Origin: the human T2T-CHM13v2.0 reference genome, Homo sapiens
Length of the DNA: 64,000 nt
Assembly (NCBI RefSeq): GCF_009914755.1
Contig: NC_060925.1
Reading direction: 5' to 3' (one strand)
Below, piece after piece: positions 15,655-27,966 of this stretch. Below the pieces are notes generated by a model. It worked only from the letters and a program-made list of their open reading frames with translations. It did no database searches and was not told the DNA's origin. How positions within the stretch are numbered: the first letter of the stretch is position 1; each line of letters begins with the position of its first letter. The position numbers were made by a program, and so were the translations under genes.

Positions 15655-16419
15655 TCACATCTGGACCACCCAGCTTAAAATAGGGCAGGGGAGTTCAGGA
15701 ATAGCTTTGCAACCCTTGTGTTACGGTGCACAGGTGTGCAAAAATTCTCCTTGAACTCCCCCTTCAGTGTCCCCCCAGGGCTCATGGCCACTGTCACTCT
15801 GTGCTAGTTGCTCTTCAGACCAGGGAACAGACTTGGCCATGGCTATGGCCAGGGTCCAGCTGCTATTGCTCCTCCTGTCACCCACCCACCTTTTGTCTCC
15901 AACAAGGATGTTGAGAGGAGCCAGGCACCAGCCTCCCTGGGTTCAGGTCTTTCCTCTCCCCTCACTTTCCTATGAACTAGGGGTGGGGGAGGAGGAGTGC
16001 CTGCCAGGAGGTCACTGCAGCCAAGGAACCCAAATTGGTGCGCTTGAGAATGACCCATGGATACACTTTCCAAAGAGTCACCCGGCTGCGATGAGGGGCC
16101 ATCTCCCCTCCTGGAGCCAACAGCCATGAGTAGCTGTCACACACATCCGTGCAGCACCTAGACACACATCCGTGCTGTCCACTCCGTGCTGCTGCAATTG
16201 TGGGGGAGGAAGGTGGCACAGTGGCAGCGACACACACTTCCCTCTCCAAAATTGGGGCGGGGCTCCTCAAAATCCTCTGACCAGCATTAAAGATTCAGAA
16301 TTTGATATTATGGCTGCATATAATGTTGAATTATCTGAACTTGCTGCACGTGTGTGTGTGTGTGTGTGTGTATTGTTGGTAGGACCAAAACGGTTAATTA
16401 TCAGCAATTTCATGGTTTG

Positions 16420-16630
16420 ACCTAATATTTTAAAAGAGAGGTTCTTACCTGCTGGAAGCATGTACTGGTGTATTACGGATGAGACGGTCTCATAGGTGGA
16501 ATTTGCTGTGAAATGCCCCAGGAAACAAAAAGCCAGAGGTCAGAGTGATGAGAGCTGGGGACGGGTGGATGGGTTCCTGGGCCGTTCCCTGTAGTGCTGA
16601 GTGTGCTTGGAAGTGTCCACAATGAGGAGT
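16420..16630 (+). mobile_element. Old L1M(C/E) 3' UTR fragment
   Basis: TTTTAAAAGAGAGGTTCTTA...TATTACGGATGAG...GAATTTGCT...AGCTGGGGACGGGTGGATGGG...TGCTTGGAAGTGTCCACAAT. Confidence 0.5.
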
Positions 16631-18006
16631 AGAAACGAGTACAAAGCTGGGTGGAGACAGCCCTGTCCTGGCTGCCCTGAGCTCGGCCCTGTCAGTCGCC
16701 TTGAGGAGGGTTGGGGGGAGCAGGGATGCAGGGTGGCGCGTGCATGCCAGGTGGCAGGCGGCAGGTGCTGGCTCCAGGCCCGTCTCCAGCCCCAGGGCTC
16801 CAGGCCATGCTCCGCCCCCAGCTGCCCTGCAGCTCCAGGCCGGCCACGCTGCCGCCTAGTTTCGCAACTCCAATGTCATCACCTAGGTGACAGGGACGCT
16901 GCTGCCACCGCCCGCCTGCGGGAGCCAGGAGCCAGCCGAGGGCCACTTCCACCTGGCCCCACCGACCCTCCGGGGCCCAGGCTTAGCCAAGGTAGGCTTG
17001 GGCTTGGCTCGCCCTCCTCTCGGCCTGAGTCGGGGGGAGTCTCCTTGCCACCGTGGGTGCAGTGGCTCCGGGGGCCCACCCTGGGGTGCAGAGAGCCCCT
17101 CTACGGCCTCCCAGGAGGCGGCTTGGAAATGCAGTACTGTTCAGGCCAGGGTGGGGAGGCCTTGCCCACAGTTCTCCTGATGGGACAAGCCACAGCTCTG
17201 GGGAGCCATCTGCCCCAAGTGGCACATCAGGGCTCCTCGTGTGACCCTAGGATCGGGGGCAGAAGTGGCTCTGGTACCGCCACCTCCACCCCTTGGACCC
17301 ACCAGGAGCTCTTTCCACTTCCTGCCAAGGAGGCGCAGAGTGACTGCCCCAGCCTGGCACGTCCGGGGGCTTCCCGGCTGGGGGCCGCCATCCTCAGCCT
17401 CACACAGCTGATCCAGAACCTCCCAGTTCTCCCCAGCCCCCTCACTCTTTTGTGGCCCCGGAGCCTCTCCCGGCAACAGCAAGCCATGCCCCGGCCTCCC
17501 CGGCACTCACGCAGCTACTCCCAAGCCTGACCATGACGTGGACGGCAGGAAGGGGCTGGGCATGTCCTGTTCCTTCTGCCTGGGTCCTGCTTCCAGGGCT
17601 GGACTCCCAGGCTGGGGAATCCTCAGGGACCCATCAAACTGGGGGACAGGGGAGGGGCTTGTGGGGATTTGCTGTGAGGAGGGCAGAGTGTGTACGTGGC
17701 AGTGCCTGCGGACACATGTGTGCGCATATGTGAATAGGTGTGTCCATGTGCATGTATGTGCAAGTGTGTTGCTAGAGGTGAGAGGGTGGGTAGGGAAACT
17801 GAGTGACCAGCTCCTCCCTGAAGCCTTGGGGGAATGTCCGAGGGGCCAGGGCCTCTGGATCCTGTTCCCTTGGCTCTTTGCAAAGTCTCCAGCCTGGCCT
17901 CCTGGATGGGCATGTGGCTCGGGGGGCGAGACCATGGGCTCTTCCTGGCTTGCTGTGTCGCTCTGGGTGCGTTTTACACCACTCTGAGGATCTCTCTGCT
18001 CATCCC

Positions 18007-18096
18007 TAAGGCAGGGATGATGATGGGGCCAGGGGACCACATGGGCACAGGTAAGGCAGGGATGATGATAGGGCCGGGGGACCACATGGGCACAGG
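18007..18096. repeat. 45-bp tandem duplication
   Basis: TAAGGCAGGGATGATGAT(G/A)GGGCC(A/G)GGGGACCACATGGGCACAGG at 18007 and 18052. Confidence 0.92.
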
Positions 18097-18145
18097 CTTC
18101 TGGAATGTGGGTGTCGTCTCCCTGGGGTCCCGCAGTCTGAACTCA

Positions 18146-18535
<390 letters not shown>

Positions 18536-21299
18536 AGTGAGGAGAAATGAGGAGGAAGTCGAGCAATTTAACCCCAAATGGTGCTTCTCCAGCAGTCACT
18601 CTGTTCCTGTCCTGACCTGACCTGCTGGGCCCCGCCAGCTCAAACCAAATCATGGATTCTGTCATCGCTTCTTCACGGAGCACCTACTGTGTGCCAGGCG
18701 GGTGCTGGGGCTGCAGCGCAGAGAGCAGTCAGGGCTTGGTGGTCTGGCCCGCAAAGAGTCAGCACGTGAATGTCTCTCCATGCGATGGGTGCTGGGAGGG
18801 AGGAGTCCTGGCAGGTCCGGGGAAGACCAGCGTCTCTTAAATGGGGGTGCGCGGGCCCTGAGGAGTGAGGCTTCCTGACAGCCGTCCCTCGTGGGTGCCG
18901 TGCTGGTCAGAGTGGGGTCTGGCTGCACAGCCTCCCTCAGGGCTGGGCTGGGAGCACAGGTCGGCTGGCACCTGTCCAGGTTTCAGGGTTCCAGGGCTCC
19001 AGCTGGAACTGCCTCAGGGATGGCAGGGGTGGGCCTGTCCCTGGAGAGGCGTGGGGTGTGGGAGCTGGGAGCGTGACGGGAAGCAGCCCCCTCAGACCTG
19101 GAGTAGCATGGAGCCTAGGATCCATTGTGACCTTGGTGGTCCTGTACCCTGTCCAGCTCCAGTTGCTGTTCCTGCCTCTCCCTGACCTACTGGCTGCCCA
19201 GGCTGCCCCTTGGCCGAGCTCCACCATGGCCAGTGCCCCTCCATTCGCTTGTGAGTCCCACAAGATCACAGCCCTGCCCAGGGCCTAGGCAGCTCTTGGG
19301 CTGACCCAGCCATCGTCGGGAGCCCCCTTCATGACGGGGGCAAAGGCTGGATCGTTGTCTGCCCTGCAGGAGCCGGGGCCTCCAGAGGACGGGCTGCCTG
19401 GCGGGAAGGTGGAGCTCACCGGAGCCCAGCCTAAGCCAGCTGTGGTGCTTCTGAGATGTGCGGCCCTGGGCAGGCTGCTCGCCCTCTCGGGGCCTCTGGG
19501 AACACCTGGGGACTTCCCGCTGGGTTCCTCTGAGGATTGAATGAGCTTGAAAATATGGAGGATTTGGCACAGGGAATGCTGGGCAGCAATATCAGAAAGG
19601 CAACCCTGAGAGCCAGCGGACAGCCACTCTGAGGAACAGCAGTGGCTGCCTCTGGAAGGAGTGAGGGGTGGGTGGACCCCCGTGATCGCTGCACGGGGGA
19701 GGTCACGGGGCTGAGCGGCCACCACTGTGCAGGGGAGGTCACAGGGCTGAGCGGCTGACTCCAGAACAGGAAGGGAACACGCCAGGAGGGAGGATTGCTC
19801 ACTGAGTCAGGGCGGGACTCAGAGGGACGCATGACAAGTTCAGGGAGTTGACAGCTGTCTGGAAGGGCACGTCTGCTCAGACCGCAGGGTAGGGAGTGGT
19901 CAGCAGGGAGACATGTCCACTGGTGCAGCGGGCGTGTCCCAGACCCCTTAGAGAAAAGCCCAGAGCCAGGGGTGAGGGGTATGTGTAGGGTGGGGACATC
20001 TCAGAGTGGAGCATCCCCACCAAGGGTGTCCAGAGGAGGGTGGCCAGGTGGGGACAGCAGCTTGAGAAGGGTCATTCTCTCTTGGTTGGAGGAGTGGAAG
20101 TGCTTCTCTGGGGAAAGAAAGAAGATTCTGGAGGACAGCACAGGCACTTCCAACATGGGCGCTGGCCGCACAAAGGCTAGTGACACCCGGTGTGATCCCT
20201 TGGGGTAGAAAGGGGGTGTGAGAGGAGGATCGGAGGGGGCAGAGGACAGGGATGTGTCTGAGCAGAACGAGGCTGTGGCAGCTCCAGCGAAGGCGGCTGC
20301 GGCCCCATCAGTCACCTGCCCTGCTGAGGGCAGCGCTGTACTCATCACCTGTGAACACAGGTATCGACTCAGACACCCACTCTGGCCATAAGCTCCGCTC
20401 TGTCCCAGCCCTGGACCCCTCACCCCCTATCCTTGGCAGTCGGTCCTCTGGGTCTTCTTCCTGTGCCCACTGTGCTGGTCTGAACCTCCCTTAGTGACAG
20501 ATCTGCTCCTACCACCCCCGCCAGGGTCGCCCTTCCTCTAACAGGTGGGCTCCTGGCAGGAAACATCACCAAGCTCAGCGCCCCAGTTCCCTGACAGGGC
20601 CCCACTTCCCTCCTGCCGCCAACCTCGTCCCCCCAAGGGCCATGTCCCTGCCCACCCCTTCCACCCCTTTCTTAGAGGAAGCTCAGCCCATCAGGCCGCT
20701 CATGCTTCTGACCCCACCTCCAAACCCTCCTGACCCGCTTACCCCCAGGAGCACCGCCCACTCCAAGGCGCAAGCAAGCTGGGGCTGGGGTGCAGACTTC
20801 TCTTCCACCACCCACCCTCCTCATACCCAGCCTCTGAGGGCCTCACAGACATACATGATTTGCCTCCAGTGGGCCAGGGTTATCTGTTTACCGCGTTGCA
20901 TGCCCCCGGGCATGGAGCTGGCACCGGCTGCCGCTGCAACTGGGCACTACCCGTTTCGAGGACGCCTCATTCCCTGAGAGACTGAGGATAGGCTGGTGCT
21001 CTGCAAAAGGGTGCGGAGACCACTGTAAAAGTGGGGTGAGACACGCGTGCTGACCATGAAATGGAGAGGCACTCGAAGGAGCCAGGGACCCGGCAGCCAG
21101 CAGACCCCACCTTTCCGCCCCCGTGTGTGCAGTTCTGTCCCTCAGCCTGGTGCCTTTGGGACCCGGGCCTCATTGGTTCTTCCTCCACTGCCACCACCTG
21201 ATACTAAATAACCGTCGGTCAATGGCAACTCGATACGGTTTATGGGGCATCCACGGTGTGCCCAGATAGAGGAGTGCTTTCGCTTTTGATATGCGTAGA

Positions 21300-21425
21300 G
21301 TTACTTCATTCCACCTAGCGCTTCTAGGAGGCACTACAATTATCTCCATTTTACAGACAAGGAAACAGAGGCTCAGAATGGGCAAGACATCTATCTGAGG
21401 TCACACAGCTAGAGCGCGGCAGAGG
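21300..21425 (-). mobile_element. MIR SINE
   Basis: CCATTTTACAGACAAGGAAACAGAGGCTCAGA...GGTCACACAGCTAG. Confidence 0.78.
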
Positions 21426-22813
21426 TGGGCTGCGTGGGCAGAGCAGGAGAGGGAACTGGAGTGTGTGCCCGGCAGTGCTGGGCTTCAGGGCACGAAGCGG
21501 TGGGGCAGGAATTATGTGTCTTGGTATGACCCAAACACATATATGACAGCAAGAAGGCCTGGGCAGGCAGCAGAGGACAAGGCGGGCCTCTTGGATGTCT
21601 GGATGTGGATTGGGCCTCAATGTACCGGTGAAGATAGATGGACAGGCAGGGGATTTCCAGAGAGGGGCTTCCCAGGCAGGGTGCGGGGTGTGGCTGTGCG
21701 GTGGGAACACGGACTGGGGAGGGGATTGCAGCCGGGCCCGTGCCTCCCTTGCTCAGCTCCAGGTCAGGCCAGGGTAGAGCCAGGCTGCTGGGTTCGACCT
21801 CCACCCTGACCAGCTGTGTGCCCATGGAGGGCTGGTCTTCCCTCTCTGTGCATGTCTCCTGGTTGGTAACAGGTGTGTGGCCTCACTGGGCCGTCGTGGG
21901 GTGGCTGGAATCCCCGGGAATTAGCCATGCTTTGGTGTTTCTACATTTCACTTGGCTGAGTGTGAACTGACCCAGGAAGCTGGTTGGGGGCACCCCCACC
22001 CACGGGGGGTCGGGCATTTTGGTTTGGTCATGGCCTCAAAGCTTCTGGGGTGAGGCTCAGGGATTCCCCCAGACTGTCCTGGGCATCTGCCTCCCCTCCC
22101 CTCCCGCTTCCCGTGGGCCACGGCCCAGGAGAGAGAGGGCAGCTTGCTCAGGCACCTCCAGCTGTCCGCATATTTCACACGGTGCACGCTACCCCACCGT
22201 GGGAGGCTGTGTTTGTCTTTCATCCCCATGCTGGGCTTCCCCAAACTAGGGGAGTGGGGCAGCAGGCGTGCCATCTGTGGCGGTGAGGGGGGCTCTCAGC
22301 CGCATCCTCCTCACCAGGCCCTGCGGACAGGCCTTCGTCCCTGCCCCTGACCTGCTGACGAAGCCGTCCTGGCAACCCTGTCTGAAGGACCTGGCCCCAT
22401 CGCACCCACAGAGGGAGGCCACATGGTCCTTAGCCTCTGTCGGGAGGGGCAGGCAATGCTGGCAGAGGGCCTTGCCCCTGAGAGGGAGGCCCTCCTGGCC
22501 CTCACTCCGGGGGACCCCTGTCCTTGGCCCCAGCCTGCCAAGCGAGAGCGGCCCCTCTTCTTGCGGTGGCTGGAGGGGAGAGTGAGGCCCCTTGGCACAG
22601 AGGGCCCCAGGAGGCTGGGCTCTGATGACGCCCTGCAGGAATTCCGCTGGGCTGCTGCCTGGGAGAGCCGCTGTCTCACACAGGGCCAGCCTGCCTGGCT
22701 TCATTCTGGTGCGCTGACCGCCCGACCCCTCTGCCCAGGCGGGGGCTCTTCTGGGTTCTGGGTCCTGGGACCTGCCTGAGTCCCTGGGAAAAGGGCACAA
22801 GGGGATTGAGACG

Positions 22814-23198
22814 GTCTCCTCCCACAATGGCCCAGGTGTCTCCTCCCACAATGGCCCAGGTGTCTCCTCCCACAATGGCCCAGGTGTCTCCTCCCACAAT
22901 GGCCCAGGTGTCTCCTCCCACAATGGCCCAGGTGTCTCCTCCCACAATGGCCCAGGTGTCTCCTCCCACAATGGCCCAGGTGTCTCCTCCCACAATGGCC
23001 CAGGTGTCTCCTCCCACAATGGCCCAGGTGTCTCCTCCCACAATGGCCCAGGTGTCTCCTCCCACAATGGCCCAGGTGTCTCCTCCCACAATGGCCCAGG
23101 TGTCTCCTCCCACAATGGCCCAGGTGTCTCCTCCCACAATGGCCCAGGTGTCTCCTCCCACAATGGCCCAGGTGTCTCCTCCCACAATGGCCCCAGGT
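22814..23198. repeat. 24-bp minisatellite (GTCTCCTCCCACAATGGCCCAGGT) x16, essentially perfect
   Basis: 15 identical units from 22814; the 16th at 23174 has one extra C. Confidence 0.99.
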
Positions 23199-23884
23199 TT
23201 CTTTGCCACTTCAGATTGGAATCGTTGATCTGCTGAAATAACAGGTAAAATCATTGGTGGTTTGGGAACCACCGGAATCAGAAGTGCATTGAGATGTTTG
23301 CTTTAGGGGTGGCCCGGGGCGGGTGGAGTTCCTGGGGGCTTTTCCCTCCTCCCTGAATGGAGGAGGACACCCTGCACCCCTCCTGTGATCCCCCTTAAGA
23401 GCCAGTGTCCGGGATGGCTGGGCCAGACGGGGCAGAGGGGCCTGTGTCTCCTGCCCAGGCTGAGTGCGGATGGCTCGGTCTCAGAGCTCCACCGAGGGGT
23501 GGGTAGGTAACAGCAGCCCTGCGGCCAGGGCCCCTGCAGGTGGGAGTGGGTGTCCCCATGGGGAGTGCCTCTTCCAGAGTGGGCTCAGTCGGGGTGGAGT
23601 GTCCTGGCTTATCAAAGGTGGTTGTGGAGCCCTGTCTGCCCCAGGCCTGGGCAGAGGTGGAAGGGGTTGGGGAACTGACGAGGCCTTACCTGTGGGCCCA
23701 TGGCCAAGGAAATGTCTGGTCTCCCACCTCCTGTCAGGTGGTGAGGGGAGAGGATGGGGCGTCAGCCGGAGACGGGGTTCCTAGAGGAGGCTGGGTCCTG
23801 GCCTGGCCTGGAGAGATAGGGATGAGATGGGAGGGCAGGAAGGGGGTGGTAGACAAAGGCTGAACACAGAGAGCACATAGCCAG

Positions 23885-24362
23885 GCATGTGGGGACTGGG
23901 GACAGGGGACAAGGAGGGCACCCATGGGGACAAGAGATAGGGAGAGGACAGAGGGACAGGAGACGGGGAGGGACAGAGGATGGGGGACAAGGAGGGGACA
24001 GGAGGACGGGGACAGGGAGGGGACACAGAAACAGGAGCTAGGACGGGGACAGAGGATGGGAGAAGGAGAGGTCAAAGGGACAGGGAACAGGGAGGGGACC
24101 CATGGGGATAGGGCAGGGATCTATGGGGACAAGGGACAGGGAGGGGACAGAGAAACAGGAGATGGGGAGGGGACAGAGGGATGCAGACAGGGAGGGGATA
24201 GAAGATGGGGGGCTAGGGGACAAAGGGAAAGGGGACAGGGAAGGAACCTATGGGGGACAGGGAGACAGGGGGACAGGGAGAGGACAGAGGAACAGGGGAC
24301 AGGGAGGGGATGCTTGGGGACAGGGAGGGAATGCTTGGGACAGGGCAGGGGGACAGGGGGCT
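23885..24362 (+). repeat. Purine-rich low-complexity tract (GGGGACA/GGGACAG motifs)
   Basis: Dense G-runs interspersed with ACA/AGA on the sense strand. Confidence 0.9.
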
Positions 24363-25538
24363 GTGGCTTTCGTGGGAAGCTATGGAAGACGAGGCCAGAG
24401 GGGTTGGGCAGGGTGAGATGAGAGAGGCTGAGAGCCCCTCACCGGCTGCGGACTCCTCCCCACAGGGCAGAGGGGAGCATTCGGGTGCGGCCAGGCCATC
24501 AGAGGACCTGGGCTTGGCTGGAGTCCCAGCTCCTCAGCCCTCAGTAGCTTTGGGCCAGCCACTGGGCCTCCTGGCCTCCACTTGCTCATCTCTGAACTGG
24601 GGCAGGGTTGGCGTGTGAGCCTGAGGCCCTGCAAAGTGCCTGGCCAGCCTCAGCTCGGAGCCATGGCACAGCACCCCCTCTCCGCCACGGCCCCGACAGC
24701 TGGGCGTGCGTTCTGCTGTGGGCAGCTGCCCTGAGCAACGTAGGGTGCTAAGCAGCATCCCTGTCTTGCACACTAGATTCCACAGCACCCTCTGACCCCG
24801 TGGAAAATGTCCCCACATGGGAATATCCTCTGGGGGTGGAACTGCCCCTGGTGAGAACCCCTAGGCTGAGACCTCAGAAGGCCCTGAGTCAAACCGAGAA
24901 GTCATCAGAGAGCCTTGTTTTCAGCTCCAGGGAGCTTGGGCAGGCTGGTTTTCTGGGCCACACAGTCCCCTCCCCAGCCCACCTGTGCTCCGTGGGTCCC
25001 GGGGAAGCTGTGGGGGCCTAATTGCTGGTGTGAGTTCCTTTCCTGTTCTGAGTCACACGTGTGTGGGGGCTCTCCCTGTGGTGCAGCTGGTACAGCGGCC
25101 CCTGGAGTTGAGGATCCAAGCAGGCTGAGGTCTGGGTTTGCCGGAGGGCCCTCGGTGGCTGGTCTTTGTCCTGCTCCCACTGCTGTGGGCACTGTAGGAC
25201 TTGGAACGCTGGTCACCTTTCCAGCCTGGCAAAGGGAGGGGACTTGTCTGAGGCCTCATGGAAGTTGGGGCAGGGTCGAGGTGCCCTGCTTCCTGGGTGT
25301 GCCAGCAGCCTACAGCCTGGCTACAGCGTAACCAGGAACACCCAGCACAACTGTCCTTTGCAACTCTGTGCCCTGACTTGATGGTGCCAGGGCTGGGGGG
25401 GTGCCGGCCAGCAGCTCCCCAATGACCACCCCCAAATGCTGTGGCCACACAAAGCCTTCCACTGCAAGACCTGTGGTAATACACACTGGACGCCCCTGTT
25501 ACAACTGAGAACTCATTTATTTCATTTCCTTCCTTCCC

Positions 25539-25852
25539 TTTTTTTTTTTTTTTTTTTTAGAGTTGTGGTCTAGCTCTGTTGCCCAGACTGGAGTGCAGTG
25601 GTGCAATCATGGCTCACTGCAGCCTCGAGCCCCTGGGCTCAAGTGATTCTCCCACCTCAGCACCCTGCGTGGTTTGGACTGCAGGCACATGCCATCACGC
25701 CCTCATGCCCAGCTAATATTTTTTTAAGTTTTTGGAGAGCTGAGGTCTCCCTGTGTTGCCCAGGCTGGTCTCAAGCCCTTGGGCTCAAGTAATCCTCCCT
25801 CCTTGGCCTCCTAAAGTGTTGGGATTACAGTTATGAACCACTGCACCCAGCC
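25539..25852 (-). mobile_element. AluJ
   Basis: Poly-T, GCAATCATGGCTCACTGCAGCCTCG...GGGCTCAAGT...CCACTGCACCCAGCC. Confidence 0.92.
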
Positions 25853-26589
25853 CATCCCTCCTAGACTAAATCTTCTTAGAAAAACCTACACTTCCAATAA
25901 TGTATTTGCATTTTATGATGTTGATAAAACTTCCTAAAGATGTCTTATGAAATTGGTCTCCTTTCCCCATTGATACACATGATTTTTAAAACTATTGGCA
26001 ACGTTTCAAAAGCAATTTCTGTTTTGTCCCAGAACCGTGTTCCCCTTGTGAACGAATTTTCAAATTAAAAGGCAAATGGTTGGGAAAATTGGATTTAATT
26101 GAAAGGCCATTTTATTAGAATTGACTTATTTTTCTCGCCACTGGGATCCTTGCCTGAAAGGCGGCTGTGGGCAGAGGGCACATACTCCCCCTGCCCCAGC
26201 GCAGCGTCCCTGCACCCCCAACAGAGCTTCCTGTTCCTCATGCCCAGTACTCCCAGATGCCTGCGGAGCCAGTCATCAGCTCAGGTGTGTGAGGCCGGTT
26301 GGGGGAGCCCCTGCCTGGCGCCTGTGCCTGTGAGCAGTGTTCCTGTGGGGCCCTGGGACCAATGCTACCAGCGTTGGCGTTTTCCCAGGAAGTTGGGAAT
26401 CAGGCATCTCGTGGCTTCCGGTTCAAGTTCCTCCGTGTGCTTTAAGTCTGGGCAGGTTTCCGGGTCCTGGTTTTGGCTAATGAGGAACCCGATTCCCATG
26501 GGGGAGGCCGGTGGCTGCAGCAGGGCCCCGAGCAGTGGCAAGGCTGGCCCTCATGACAGTGTCCTCCTCAGGGGGCCTGTCCCAGGCTC

Positions 26590-26730
26590 TTCATGACTCC
26601 CCTGGAGGCTTGTTAAAGGGGCAGATTCCTGGGCCCTGCCCCAGCCCCACTGTGGGGAGGGGTGTCCTGGAAGATGCATCTGCCCAGGGCTTCCGGCTGG
26701 TCCACACGCCTGCACCTGGAGGCCCACTGC
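26590..26730. mobile_element. MER5-like hAT-Charlie fragment
   Basis: CCTGGAGGCTTGTTAAAGGGGCAGATTCCTGGGCCCTGCCCCAG resembles the MER5 core. Confidence 0.5.
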
Positions 26731-27251
26731 CCACATCTCAGGCAAACAGGCCTGGGGATGTTTGGGGACCCAACTCCTGGCGTGGAGGAAGCCCCTTTCC
26801 CACCCCACATGCTCCTGGTGGTGGCCTGTCCTGTGAGCCTGGAGGGCCGGACGGGTGGGATCGGGGACCCACGACCACGCTCGCTGGCCTCTGTCCTGTG
26901 CCCAGGCAGGGATGAGAGGCCAAGCTGGTGTCCTGCAGTGCACAGTGGGTGCCGGTCAGGGGATGTGGAAGCTGGGTCTCCGGCAGGCAGAGGCGCGCTG
27001 ACAAGAAGGGTCGCTGTTCCTCATTCAGGGTTCAGTGGGAAGAGAGGGTGTGGCTTCAGGGGGAGTTCACAGGATGCCGACTTGAAAATACAGCCAACGC
27101 CCATGTCCCAGGCATAAGATCACAAATCATGTTTTGCCGACCAGTTCCTGTGAGCCCTGAGCCCTGCGCGGAGGGATGCCCCGTGCACACCTGTTCACAG
27201 AACCCCTGGACCTCCAGTAGGGGTGCGGCGGGATGCCGTCGGCTCCCACGC

Positions 27252-27935
27252 TGTCTGTCTCCCTGTCCCTCTCTCTTTCCCTCTGTTTCTCTGTCTGTCT
27301 CTGTCTGTCTCTGTCTCCCTGTCTCTCTCCATCTCTCTCTGTCTCTCTCCCTGTCTCTCTGTCTCTGTCTCTCTCCATCTCTCTGTCTCTCTTTGTCCTT
27401 GTCTCTCCCTGTCTCTGTCTCTCTCACTCTCTGTCTCTCTTTGTCCTTGTCTCTCTGTTTTGTCTCTCTTTGTCCCTGTCTCTCTGTCTCTGTCTCTCTC
27501 TCTCTTTGTCCTTGTATCTCTCTGTCTCTCTTTGTCCCTGTCTCTCTCTGCCTTTGTCTCTCTCCGTCTCTCTTTGTCCCTGTCTCTCTCTGCCTTTGTC
27601 TCTCTCCGTCTCTCTTTGTCCTTGTCTCTCTGTTTTGTCTCTCTTTGTCCCTGTCTCTCTGTCTCTGTCTCTGTCTCTCTTTGTCCTTGTATCTCTCTGT
27701 CTCTCTTTGTCCCTGTCTCTCTCTGCCTTTGTCTCTCTCCGTCTCTCTGTCTCTCTTCCTGTCTCTCTCTATCTCTTTCCCTGTCTCTTTCTGTCTCTCT
27801 TTGTCTCTCTCTTTGTCCCTGTCTCTCTGTCTCTCTTCCTGTCTTTCTCTTTCTTTGTCCTTGTCTCTCTCTCTCTGTCTCTCTCTTCCTGTCTCTATCC
27901 CTGTCTCTATGTCTCTGTCTCTCTTTGTCCTTGTT

Positions 27936-27966
<31 letters not shown>

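Noticed and set aside
16601-17530. 309-aa ORF (and similar ~300-aa ORFs at 31341, 36091, 45592)
   Set aside because: No recognisable domain, non-ATG starts or TE overlap, and expected by chance at this GC content.
22246-23272. Repetitive ORFs (MAQVSPPT)n, (LWEETPGP)n, (WAIVGGDT)n
   Set aside because: Translations of the 24-bp VNTR; the MAQ resemblance to the p73 start is coincidental.
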